A DNA stretch of 64,000 bases from an uncultured Eubacteriales bacterium (GTDB taxonomy: Bacteria > Bacillota > Clostridia > Christensenellales > Aristaeellaceae): assembly GCA_902793325.1 (NCBI GenBank), contig CADBCY010000032.1, forward strand, positions 6,924 to 70,923, given 5' to 3'. Both the position numbers and the translations under genes were made by a program. The notes below the pieces were generated by a model. The model searched no databases, was not told the origin of the DNA, and worked only from the letters and a program-made list of their open reading frames with translations. How positions within the stretch are numbered: position 1 is the first letter of the stretch; each line of letters opens with the position of its first letter. Positions 35,757 through 44,916 of this stretch are shown here, one piece after another.

Positions 35757-37151
35757 TCAAGTGTGTCGGACGACCTCGAAGCGCTGCAATTCGACCTTCT
35801 CGTGCGGGCCGATGCCGGCCTTGCGGCGGGCGATGTCCACCTGCTGCGCCACGGTATCCACGCCGTCCAGGTCCGGCAGCAGCAGTCCCCGGCGGTGGCC
35901 CCGGGTCACGATCACGCCGTAGCGCTTCACGTCGAGCTGGGCCTCGGAGGCGATGGGCTCCGGTTCCCCCAGCACGTCCACGTGGATCTCCAGCCACTTG
36001 AGCTCGTCGGGGCGGATGGGGTCGAAGCGCGGGTCGCGAGAGGCGGCGCTGACGGCGTTGCAGACGATCTCCTCCGCCAGGCTGTCCTGCGTGGGCGAGA
36101 TGGTGCCGATGCAGCCGCGCAGCCGGCCCTGCTTGTGGATGGACACGAACGCGCCCGCCCGCTGCGCGCGCAGCGCCTCTGGCAGGTCGTCGGGGACGCG
36201 CGCCCGTTCGTGGCGGAGCACCCAGGATTCCACCGACTGCCACGCCAGCCGCACCCACGGGTCGCAGCGGCCGCGCGCCTCGGCGAGCTGCGTTTCCTGC
36301 GCCCGGAGGCGTTGGTCCAGGAAGCGGCGGCGGTCGTCGCGCGCGCCGGGGCGGAAGGCGCAGACGCCGTAGCCCACGCCGGTGACGTCCTCGTGGGAGA
36401 ACGCCTCCGCCGCCACGGCCGTGCCGTCCAGCGCGCCGGCCATCATCACGAAGGACCGGTGGCCGCACTCCGCCGCGCGCTCGCAGAAGGCCTCGTCGAA
36501 GTCGAACAGCTCCCCGAACGCCGCGCGGCCGCAGACGTCCATGATCCGCGCGTCGTACTGCGGGCCCTCCGGCGCGAAGCCGTAGGGGCCGTAGTCCCGC
36601 AGCTTGTGGGAGAGGTCGCCGCTGGCCACGAACACCGCCCGGTGCCCGGTCTCCTCAACCGCCCGCCGGACGAGCTGCCCCAGCCGGTAGTGATCCTCCA
36701 GCGGCAGCCCGGACAGCCCGATCCGCACCAGGCGGAACGCGGAATATGCCTGCCGGATGAAGTACAGCGGCACCATCGTGCCGTGATCCAGCGCGGGGTC
36801 GCGCGCTCCGCGGGTGCCCGCGGGCAGGTTTTCGGCGATCGCCAGGCGCTCGACGGCCGCGACCAGCTCCGCGTCGTAGGACTCCCGGAAGCGCACCTGC
36901 GGCGCCCGGAAGCGCTCGAAGGAGCCCTCCGCGCCGCGGCCGGGGGAGATGTGGAAGTAGTCCGCGTACATCGTGGCGTGCGGGCTGGAGAGGATGACCG
37001 TCTCCGGCGCCAGCGCCGCGATCTCGCGCGCCACGCGGGCGTAGGCCGCGCGCGTGGCCTCGATCTGCGCCTCGCCGCCGCGGCCCACCTCGGGCACGAT
37101 CATCGGCGGGTGGGGCACCATGTAAGCAGCCAGTATGGGCATGGCGATCAC
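35757..37151 (-). CDS. fusion of a class III extradiol dioxygenase/Memo-like domain with an AMMECR1 domain (AmmeMemoRadiSam system protein A type)
   Basis: 464 aa. The N-terminal half (AAYMVPHPPMIVPEVG...) is LigB/Memo-superfamily-like. The C-terminal half GAFVSIHKQGRLRGCIGT...RDPRF...YGVIVTRGHRRGLLLPDL is the AMMECR1 signature. Confidence 0.85.
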   Translation of the reverse strand: MIAMPILAAYMVPHPPMIVPEVGRGGEAQIEATRAAYARVAREIAALAPETVILSSPHATMYADYFHISPGRGAEGSFERFRAPQVRFRESYDAELVAAVERLAIAENLPAGTRGARDPALDHGTMVPLYFIRQAYSAFRLVRIGLSGLPLEDHYRLGQLVRRAVEETGHRAVFVASGDLSHKLRDYGPYGFAPEGPQYDARIMDVCGRAAFGELFDFDEAFCERAAECGHRSFVMMAGALDGTAVAAEAFSHEDVTGVGYGVCAFRPGARDDRRRFLDQRLRAQETQLAEARGRCDPWVRLAWQSVESWVLRHERARVPDDLPEALRAQRAGAFVSIHKQGRLRGCIGTISPTQDSLAEEIVCNAVSAASRDPRFDPIRPDELKWLEIHVDVLGEPEPIASEAQLDVKRYGVIVTRGHRRGLLLPDLDGVDTVAQQVDIARRKAGIGPHEKVELQRFEVVRHT

Positions 37152-37436
37152 CTCTCCTTTGCGCGCATGCGCCGCGCTTTCCCGCAGAAGGCACGACAGC
37201 GTGTCCGCGATAATTATACCACAGACGCGCGGCGGACGCCAGATGTTTTCCGACGAACGTCGGCTTTTTGTCCGACCGGGTGTCGATCCGGTCGATTTCG
37301 CGCGCGATTCCCGGATAAACCGCGAATGAGTCCTTGCGGCGCGGGCGCAAATATGCTACTACGTAGGAAAAGGACTGTCATCGCACGATCCGCGACCCAC
37401 TGAAGAAGAAACGCCGCCGTCCAGAGGCGCCTTGCC

Positions 37437-39064
37437 GTGAATGAGATAATCCTGGAGCTGGGAGCGCTGCTGCTCACACTGTTTTGCCTGATATACAGCG
37501 TCACCGCGCGCAGAGAGCTGGTCTTCCCGCTGCCTGCGGGCGTGCTCGGCAAGCTGAAAAACCAGCACGTCATGTTCCTGGCGATGCTCGGCTCGGTCGT
37601 CATCTCCGCCGCCGCGTCGGTGGGGGTGGCGCTGGGGCAGGGCAACGGCCTCTCGTCCGGCGCGCTGGTGCTCCTGAACATGGCCTATTTCTTCTTCCAC
37701 AACCTGCTCCCCTTCTCTTTCGCGCTCTACGTGCTGAACCTGTGCGGTCCCGCGCCTGTGCTTATACGTCGACGAGGCGCTGGCCTACCACCGCGGCACG
37801 GGGCTGTGGATGCTGTACGCCGTAGCCGCGCTGTACGCCGTGGCCGGCCTGCTGTACTTCATCCGCTTCGGCGGGGAGCTCTCCCTGACCGACCGCACGT
37901 CCACGCTGATCCTGATTGCCGTCGTCATGGCCGGCGTGGCGGTGCAGGCGATCCGGGCCGTGCCGGTGGAGCTGTTCTTCGAGGCCGTGTCCTTCTACGG
38001 CTTCATGGCGATGCTGGAGCACGACGAGGACGCCTCCGAGCACAGCATGAGCCGCCGCTTCCGGGGCAGCGCCATCATCGCGATCACGCTGGTGTTCCTG
38101 CCGGTGATCGTGATGAACGTCTCCCTGATCCTGCGCCTGACCGGCGAACAGTCCGACGAGATCGGCAACATCCGGCTGGACGTCATCCGCAGCGACCTGC
38201 AGAATACCATCACCGAGGCGGAGACGAACGTACTGCGCGTGGCGATGAACGTCGAGGCGTTCCTCGACGCCGATCCCTCCCGCGAGGAGGTGGCGCGGTA
38301 CTTCGACGCCCGGCGCGAGAGCTTCCTCGCCGACGGCAGCTTCATGAACCTGTACGTCGCCGGCAGCGACTGGCACGTGGTGCCCGGCTTCGACGCGCCG
38401 CCGGATTTCCACGCGGCGGAGCGCATATGGTACATCGGCGCGAAGGAGCATCCCGGCGAGGTCTACATTACCGAGCCTTACGTCGACGCGAATACCGGTA
38501 CGATGTGCTTTACGGTGTCCACGATGCTCGACGACGAGGACACCGTCGTGGCCATGGACCTGAGCTTCTCAAAGGCGCAGGAGGCGATCCTGCGCATGAC
38601 CGACGGCAAGGACCGCACCGCCATGATCGTCACCTCCGGCGGCCTGATCGCGGGCTACACGGACATGTCGCTGGTGTGCGAGCGCGCGGACGAGAAGCTG
38701 CCGGAATACGCCGACGTGCTGCGGCGCGTCGCCTCGTCCCACGAGCACGGCAGCTTCCAGGTGAAGCTGGACGGCCGCCCCTGCATGATCTTCTCCTCCG
38801 AGACCAGCAACAACTGGTACCTTCGTCGGCGACGACCTGAAGCTCAAGCAGGTGCTCATCAACATCCTCGGAAACGCCGTGAAGTTCACCGACGCCCCGG
38901 GCACCGTCACCTTCGCCGTGGAGCAGACCGCGGCCGCCGAGAGCCTGTGCGCGCTGCGCTTCACGATCCGGGACACCGGCATCGGCATGGACGCGCACCT
39001 CTCCAAGCCCGTGGAGATCGAGCTGCTGAAGGAAACGCTGAACCGCCTGCTCAGCGCGCGCTGA
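37437..39064 (+). pseudogene. relic of a membrane/Cache-type hybrid sensor histidine kinase with one frame break and two internal deletions
   Basis: Three pieces remain: 37437-~37760 (TM region), 37738-38820 (TM plus extracytoplasmic Cache-like region ending ...SETSNNWY) and ~38820-39064. The third piece starts mid-HATPase at FVGDDLKLKQVLINILGNAVKFT and jumps from RDTGIGM straight to the receiver tail DAHLSKPVEIELL. The H-box/HisKA domain and most of the receiver are missing. Confidence 0.8.
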
Positions 39065-39102
39065 TCCGCCGAACATCCGGCGCACAAATCAGCGGCTTTT
39101 TT
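39059..39102 (+). terminator. probable terminator after the kinase relic
   Basis: CGCTGAT...ATCAGCG stem with a 22-nt loop, followed by GCTTTTTT. Confidence 0.45.
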
Positions 39103-39177
39103 CACAGCCCCCGCAAAGGTATGAATTGAAATTTGAAGCTTTGCGCCGACCCTTCTCTGCCCTCTGCAGCATGCTGA

Positions 39178-39207
39178 CAAAGCGGCGGCCCGAAGGCCGC
39201 TGCTTTG
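39178..39207. terminator. hairpin downstream of the minus-strand CUT1 permease genes
   Basis: CAAAGCGGCGGCC-cgaa-GGCCGCTGCTTTG (one mismatch). Confidence 0.5.
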
Positions 39208-39242
39208 CTTTGCGTCGATGTCGCCGGGGAGGGTTCCTCGCG

Positions 39243-40076
39243 TCAACCCTTGACCGCGCCGGCCACCATGCCCGCGACGATGCGCTTGTTGAAGAACAGG
39301 AACAGTATCAGCATCGGCACCGTGATGATGATGATGTCGGCGAAAAGCAGGTTATAGCTGTTGCCGAGCTGGCCCTTGTAGTTGTACAGCGTGAGCTGCA
39401 CGGTGGTGTTGGCCGCGCCGGGCAGGAAGTACAGCGGGTTGGTGAAGTCGTTGAATGTCTGCACGCCCACCAGTATGATGATCGTCGCCTGGATGGGCTT
39501 GAGCAGCGGGAAGATGACCTTTGTGAAGATCTGCCAGCGGTTGCAGCCGTCGATGGACGCCGCCTCCTCCAGGTCCACGGGGATGGAGGCCATGAAGCCG
39601 CGGTACAGCATGGTGGTGAACGGGGTCTGCAGCGCAATTTCGATCATGACCATCGAGAACATGGTCTTGTAGATGTGCATGCCCTGCAGCATGTGGATGG
39701 TCGGCAGGATCGAGGCGGGGATCATCAGCCCCAGCATGATGGTGGACTGGACGGCCGTCATCAGCCTGCCCTTGCGGCGCTGGATGACGTAGCCCGCCAT
39801 GGCGCCGGTCACCAGCAGGCCCAGCACCGTGAACAGCGTGAGGATCGCGGAGTTCTTGAACGCCGTGACGAGCTGGTAGTTGCCGTGCTTGATGACCTCG
39901 AGGTAGTTCTCGAAGTGAAGCTCCTTGGGCCAGGCGATCGACAGCCGGTTGGCTTCCTTCTTCGACTTGATCGACTGCACGAACATGAAGTAGAAGGGGA
40001 TCAGGAAGATCACGACGGTGAGCACGACGCCGACGATGTCCCCGATGAGCCGGGTTCTCTTCTTTCTGCTCTCCAT
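39243..40076 (-). CDS. carbohydrate ABC transporter permease (CUT1, MalG-like)
   Basis: 277 aa. Six TM spans. EAA-type loop AASIDGCNRWQIFTKVIFPLLKP. Confidence 0.88.
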   Translation of the reverse strand: MESRKKRTRLIGDIVGVVLTVVIFLIPFYFMFVQSIKSKKEANRLSIAWPKELHFENYLEVIKHGNYQLVTAFKNSAILTLFTVLGLLVTGAMAGYVIQRRKGRLMTAVQSTIMLGLMIPASILPTIHMLQGMHIYKTMFSMVMIEIALQTPFTTMLYRGFMASIPVDLEEAASIDGCNRWQIFTKVIFPLLKPIQATIIILVGVQTFNDFTNPLYFLPGAANTTVQLTLYNYKGQLGNSYNLLFADIIIITVPMLILFLFFNKRIVAGMVAGAVKG

Positions 40077-40888
40077 CAGCGAAGCGCCTCCTCTCGTTTG
40101 TCCAGGAAGTGCTGCAGCGGGAAGGCGATGACGGAAATCAGAATCAGCATCACCACGTTGCCCGCGGTGGACAGGCCGTAGAAGCCCGCGGCGTACTGCT
40201 TGTAGATCACCGAGGCCAGCACGTCCGTGGCGAAGCCGGGGCCGCCGCCGGTCATGGCCCAGATCAGGTCAAAGGTGCGCAGGCCGCCGATCAGCGACAG
40301 GATGATGATGGAGTTCTGCGCCGGGGCCACCAGCGGCAGCGTGACGTTGGTGATCTGCTGCCACCAGTTCGCGCCGTCGATGGAGGCGGCCTCGTAGTAG
40401 CTCTGATCGATGGACTGTATGCCCGCGATGTAGATGACCACCGAGATCGACAGGCCCTTCCACACGTCGGTCAGTATGATGCTCCACAGCGCGATCTTCG
40501 GGTCGCCCAGGAAGTCCACCGCCTTGCCGCCCAGGCTCTGGATCACCACGTTCAGAAGGCCCTTCGTGGGGTGCATCATGTAGGCGAAGGCCAGGCCCAC
40601 GGCCATGGTGGACACCAGGTTCGGGAAGAACACCGCCGAGCGGATGAAGCTCTTGGTCCGGATGGAGCCGGTCAGGAAGATGGCGATGAAGAACGCCAGC
40701 ACCACCTTCAGTCCGGAGGTGGCGAAGGCATACAGCAGCGTGTGGGGCACCGAGGTGCTCATGGCCGGGTCGGTAAAGAACAGCTTGTAATTCTCCAGTC
40801 CGTTGAAGGCCGCCGTCTCAAAGTTCCAGACCGTCATGCTGTAGTACAGCGACGATATGACGGGCCACAGGAAAAAGATGGGTTCTTC
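40076..40888 (-). pseudogene. carbohydrate ABC transporter permease (CUT1, MalF-like) lacking its native 5' end
   Basis: Native-looking coding sequence runs upstream of the track ATG 40837 (...EEPIFFLWPVISSLYYSMTVWNF) and then merges into atypical sequence. There is no in-frame start codon before a TAG at 40958-40960. About 20-30 N-terminal residues and the RBS appear to be lost. The EAA loop AASIDGANWWQQITNVTLPLVAP is present. Confidence 0.65.
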
Positions 40889-40998
40889 ACGGAAAGTTGC
40901 GGGATTGACAGAAACGAGGTAGACAAAAGGAGCAAGGAAGACTTCTAATTGTAGCTGCTACACACACAAGAAGGAAGTCAAGCCATGCTCCGAGAAGA
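40889..40998. other. compositionally atypical, purine-rich ~110 bp filler joining two truncated genes
   Basis: About 46% G+C by hand count, against much more GC-rich flanks. It replaces the 3' end of the binding-protein gene and the 5' end of the permease gene. It contains a 7 bp inverted repeat, CTCCGAG...CTCGGAG, at its right edge. Confidence 0.6.
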
Positions 40999-41997
40999 GG
41001 CGTCCTCGGAGAAGTAGAACTCCAGGAAGGCCTTGACGGCGTCGATGTTCTGGCTGTCCTTCCAGACGTAGAAGCTCATGGGCTCCCACACGGTCAGGCC
41101 GTGGTTCTCGGGGTCGTCGCCGGGCACGCCGAACACGCCGATCTGGCTCTGGTCCTCGGCCTACGCGATGATCAGCGGCAGCTGCTGGGTCAGGATGAAC
41201 CAGTGGGTGGCGTCGCCCACGCCGATGGCGAAGTTGCCGTCGGCCACGGTGGCGGCGGACTTGTCGTCGTTCAGGTAGTCCACCAGGTCCTCATACTTGG
41301 TCCAGGAGCGGGTCGCCACCGGGATGTCGGCGTACTTGGCCTTGCCCTCGGTGTACTCCTGCGCGAAGGCCGGGTACTCGGCGTTGATGTTGTAGTAGTC
41401 GCCCAGGAACAGCACCTGCGTGGTCCAGGTATCGCCCGCGGTGAGCTCGATGGGGGTCTTGCCGGCTTCCTTCAGCTTGGCGCAGTTGTCCACGAACTCG
41501 GCCCAGGTGTGGGGCACTTCCAGGCCCAGCTCCTCGTAGTCGGGCTTGTAGTAGATGATCGCGCCGGCCTGGGTGGAGGACTGGGGCAGGCCGTACACCG
41601 CGCCGTCGATGGTGACGGAACTCAGGAAGGCGTCGTCCACCCGGCTGACCAGATCCCAGTCCTTGATGTCCAGGAAGCAGCGGGAGGGATTCAGGTCGTA
41701 CAGCTTGGAGCCGGAATTGTACACCATCATGTCGGGCAGGTCGTTGGAGGCGATGCGGGTCTTGAGGATGTTGTCGCCCTCGGATCCGCCGGGATTGATC
41801 TCGGTTTCCACGTGCAGGCCCAGCGCTTCCTCGGCCTTTTCGATGACCGCCAGCGTGCCGGGATTGAGCTCGGCCTGGCCGCCCCAGAAGGTGATGGTCA
41901 CGCCCTCGAAGGGCTTGCCCTCCGCCATCGCGGAGAACGCCGTCATGCTGACCGCCAGCGCGATCGCCAGCACCAGAGACATGAGTTTCCTGTTCAT
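40978..41997 (-). pseudogene. CUT1 carbohydrate ABC substrate-binding lipoprotein gene with an in-frame TAG and a truncated 3' end
   Basis: Starts at MNRKLMSLVLAIALAVSM (ATG 41997, AGGAGG upstream). The reading frame hits TAG at 41161-41163. It then continues in the same frame with plausible binding-protein sequence (AEDQSQIGVFGVPGDDPENHGLTVWEPMSFYVWKDSQNIDAVKAFLEFYFSEDA) before ending in the filler. The total of about 339 codons is roughly 100 short of typical CUT1 binding proteins. Confidence 0.7.
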
Positions 41998-42203
41998 ACT
42001 TCCTCCTTGTTTTCGCCTGTGGCGTAATCGGAGCATTGCGTGCCGCGAATGCCTATGTTAACATCTATTTAACATAAAAGCAATGACGGGTATATCAAAA
42101 TCTTGATTTCTATATCGTTTTTATGATAAAATGCACGGGAAGGGCAGTGCCGTCGCCCGGGTATGCCGGGCCGTGCGCCCGCGCGCCAAAGGGAGGGAAG
42201 GAC

Positions 42204-43424
42204 ATGGAGGAGATCCGGTGGATCATGGAGCGCCTGGGCAACGTCAGCAGGGTCATACTCACGCTGCTGGACGGGGAGGGCGACATCCTTTCGACGTGGC
42301 CCGCGAACAAGGAGATCTACAACAACCGCGCCGCGAACCGGTCCGTGATCGACGTCTTCCGGCAGCGGGGGCGGGACGCGCGGCATCCGATGATCCTCTA
42401 CATCGAGCCGGGCTTCCTGCAGGGCGTCGCGGCGCTCGAGCCCGAATACTACGCGATCATCGGCCTGGTGAATCCCTATCCGCAACCCCGCAGCGAGCTG
42501 CTGAAGCTCATCGGCGAGGCCATTTCCCCGGACCTGCGCAGCTCGTTCTGCGATTTTCTGCTGCAACAGCCGCTGATGTCGCTGGACCAGTTGAAGGACA
42601 TGCTCTGCCTGCTGACGGCGCTGTGCGGGGAGGCGGTGCGGGCGGAGGACATCCTGCTCGTGGACGATGCCTTCTCCGCCCGGCGGGACGGCGTCGCGCT
42701 GGAGGAGGGGATGTTCGCCCAGCGGGAGGAAGCGGAGCCGCACGTGCCCGTGGACTTCGAGACCGCGATCTGCTCGGCCATTGAAGCGGGCAACCGCGCC
42801 ATGCTGGAAAAGACGCTGTTCGCGCCGCAGCACGGGCGGATCGGCTGCATGTCCGCCGACGGGCTGCGCCAGTTGAAGTACGCCTTCATCTGCCTGGTCA
42901 CGCTCGTCTCCCGCGCGGCGATCCGCGGCGGCATGCCCGCGGAGACGGCGTTCAGCCTGAGCGACCTGTACTGCCAGCGCATGGACGTGATGGCGGAGAT
43001 CGCGCCGATCCGGAGCCTGACGGTCGCGATGCTGATGGACTACTGCGACAAGGTGGGCCGGATCCGGCGGCAGCCCGCGACCTCGCCCGTGGTCAGTGCC
43101 TGCCTGTCCTACATCTCCGTGCACCTGCACGAGCGGATCACGCTCGAGCTGCTCTCGCGGCACGCGGGGCTGTGCTCGCGCAGCCTTTCGATGAAATTCA
43201 GGGCGGAGCTGGGCATGGGCATCCCCGAATACATCCACCGGGAGAAGCTGCGGGAGGCGGAATACCTGTTGCTGTACACGGACTATTCGCTGTCGGAGAT
43301 CACCGCCTACCTCAACTATCCCTCGCAGAGCTACTTCACCCACATCTTCGGGAAGTACAAATCGATCACGCCGCAGCAGTTCCGGGACGGGCAGCGACAG
43401 GCGGCGCCGCGAGAATTCCTTTGA
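42204..43424 (+). CDS. AraC-family transcriptional regulator
   Basis: ORF trimmed to MEEIRWIMERLG (ATG 42204, GGGAGGGAAGG upstream). C-terminal HTH_18: ITLELLSRHAGLCSRSLSMKFRAELGMGIPEYIHREKLREAEYLL...SLSEITAYLNYPSQSYFTHIFGK. Confidence 0.85.
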   Translation: MEEIRWIMERLGNVSRVILTLLDGEGDILSTWPANKEIYNNRAANRSVIDVFRQRGRDARHPMILYIEPGFLQGVAALEPEYYAIIGLVNPYPQPRSELLKLIGEAISPDLRSSFCDFLLQQPLMSLDQLKDMLCLLTALCGEAVRAEDILLVDDAFSARRDGVALEEGMFAQREEAEPHVPVDFETAICSAIEAGNRAMLEKTLFAPQHGRIGCMSADGLRQLKYAFICLVTLVSRAAIRGGMPAETAFSLSDLYCQRMDVMAEIAPIRSLTVAMLMDYCDKVGRIRRQPATSPVVSACLSYISVHLHERITLELLSRHAGLCSRSLSMKFRAELGMGIPEYIHREKLREAEYLLLYTDYSLSEITAYLNYPSQSYFTHIFGKYKSITPQQFRDGQRQAAPREFL

Positions 43425-43496
43425 CAGCGCGGGAGCGGAGGGTGTATGATACAGGTATCCGGAAGCCGGACCGACAGACGACAGGAGGTTGATACT

Positions 43497-44801
43497 GTGA
43501 AGCGCATATTTGCCGTCGTACTCTGTCTCTCGCTGCTGGCGCTGCCCCTCGCGGCGCTGGGGGAGGGGGACAGCCTTTGGGGCAGGAAGGTGAAGGCCGA
43601 GCTGGTCACGCCGCCGAGGGCGGCCTTCAACAAGGCGCTGGAGCTGCCCCGCGTTATGGGCATCTCCGCGGACGGGGAGAAGCTGCTCATCGTCGGCTTT
43701 GGCGGCGCGCCGTACCTCTGGGACCGCGGCAGCGGGGAAAAGCTGTACCTGACGCCGGGGAGCGAATTCGTCGACGGGGAGCTGACGCTCATCTGCGACG
43801 CCGCGCTGGCCAGGCAGCCCGAGGGAACCCGGGAAACGCTGGAGGCCATGTACAAGGGCGCGCCGGGGGATGCCCGGCTGGCTATGCTGATGGATCGGGC
43901 CCTGAACCTGGCCCGGGGCTTTTTCGCGCGGAACGCCAGCGGCGACTATATGCCGGTGTCCAACCTGAATATGCCCCTCGACGGCCTGGTGGATTGCCGG
44001 GACGGCAAGTGGTACTGCCCGGAGCACGGCACGCCCTCGCTGCCGGTGATCGACGGCAGGTGCGTGACGTATGACAGCAGCAAGGCGCAGCTCTGGGAGA
44101 TCGTGAGCGGGGCGACGACGGAGATCGACTTCGGCCTGCCGGGCTGGGCGGTGCTTTGTGCCCGCTACCTGCCCGACGGGAGCATCTGCGGGGTGCTGCA
44201 GGACCGGACGGCGATCGACAGGGAGAAGGGCCAGCAGAACGCCATGGTGATCCTGGCGCCGGACGGGGGCCGGGAGGAGTACCCGCTGGGGAAGATGGTG
44301 TTCCCCAAGGGCCCCGATCTGCTCATGGCCGGCGGGGACGGCCGCCGGGTGGTCGCCTTCAGCGCGACGACCGTGCAGCGGGACCGGCCCTACCTGTTCG
44401 ACCGCGACGCGGGAACGGTCTCGCTGCTGACGCACCGACCGGAGCAGATGCGGGCCATCCCGCTGGAGGACTGTCTGGACGCGGACGGCGCGGCGGCCCT
44501 GAGCGAGGAGGACGCCTCGTGCGTCTGGTACCCGCTGACCGAGATGCGGGACGGCACGCTGATGGCGATTGACATGTCCCTGGGCGAGCTGCTGCTGATC
44601 GACCTCCGGACGCTGGACACTTACGTGCTGCTGGACGAGGAAGCGCTCATCGACCTCGCGGAGTACCGCATGGCGCTGCTGTCCACGCCGCTGCCGCTGA
44701 GCGGCAACGGGCTGGACTGCTTCGCGATGCGGGCGGAGGACAAGTACCTGCACCTGAACGAGGGCAGCGGGCTTTCGCTCGGCTGGCTGTTCGGGAAATA
44801 G
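43497..44801 (+). CDS. hypothetical secreted protein
   Basis: GTG 43497 (AGGAGG 8 nt upstream). Signal peptide KRIFAVVLCLSLLALPLAALG and native codon bias. I recognise no domain. Confidence 0.6.
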   Translation: MKRIFAVVLCLSLLALPLAALGEGDSLWGRKVKAELVTPPRAAFNKALELPRVMGISADGEKLLIVGFGGAPYLWDRGSGEKLYLTPGSEFVDGELTLICDAALARQPEGTRETLEAMYKGAPGDARLAMLMDRALNLARGFFARNASGDYMPVSNLNMPLDGLVDCRDGKWYCPEHGTPSLPVIDGRCVTYDSSKAQLWEIVSGATTEIDFGLPGWAVLCARYLPDGSICGVLQDRTAIDREKGQQNAMVILAPDGGREEYPLGKMVFPKGPDLLMAGGDGRRVVAFSATTVQRDRPYLFDRDAGTVSLLTHRPEQMRAIPLEDCLDADGAAALSEEDASCVWYPLTEMRDGTLMAIDMSLGELLLIDLRTLDTYVLLDEEALIDLAEYRMALLSTPLPLSGNGLDCFAMRAEDKYLHLNEGSGLSLGWLFGK

Positions 44802-44871
44802 AAGGAAGCCTCGCCCGCGCGTTGCGGCGCTTGGGTGGGCGATGTATAGATGTATAGAAGAGGATATGAAT

Positions 44872-44898
44872 GACGGGGCGGCCATTGGCCGCCCCGTC
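44872..44898. terminator. bidirectional hairpin GACGGGGCGGCC-attg-GCCGCCCCGTC
   Basis: Lies between convergent genes. Its 21-nt core is identical to the one at 20409-20429. Confidence 0.6.
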
Positions 44899-44916
44899 CT
44901 CCTTATATGGCCCGCG

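Noticed and set aside
37260-37290. Hairpin CCGACG-aa-CGTCGG flanked by T/A tracts in the divergent region between the AMMECR1-fusion gene and the kinase relic, considered as a terminator.
   Set aside because: No gene on either strand ends there, the loop is only 2 nt, and the stem is 6 bp. It could be a protein-binding palindrome, but I cannot support a call.
40871-41013. Tiny ORFs within the atypical filler: MGSSRKVAGLTETR on the plus strand from about 40878, and MLREEASSEK from 40984.
   Set aside because: They are 10-14 codons long, have no supporting conservation signal that I can see, and are expected by chance. Not called.
41161-41163. Recoding (pyrrolysine or programmed read-through) at the in-frame TAG.
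   Set aside because: TAG terminates other genes in the window. There is no pyl gene context, and the same locus shows additional decay. A nonsense mutation or a sequence error is more parsimonious.
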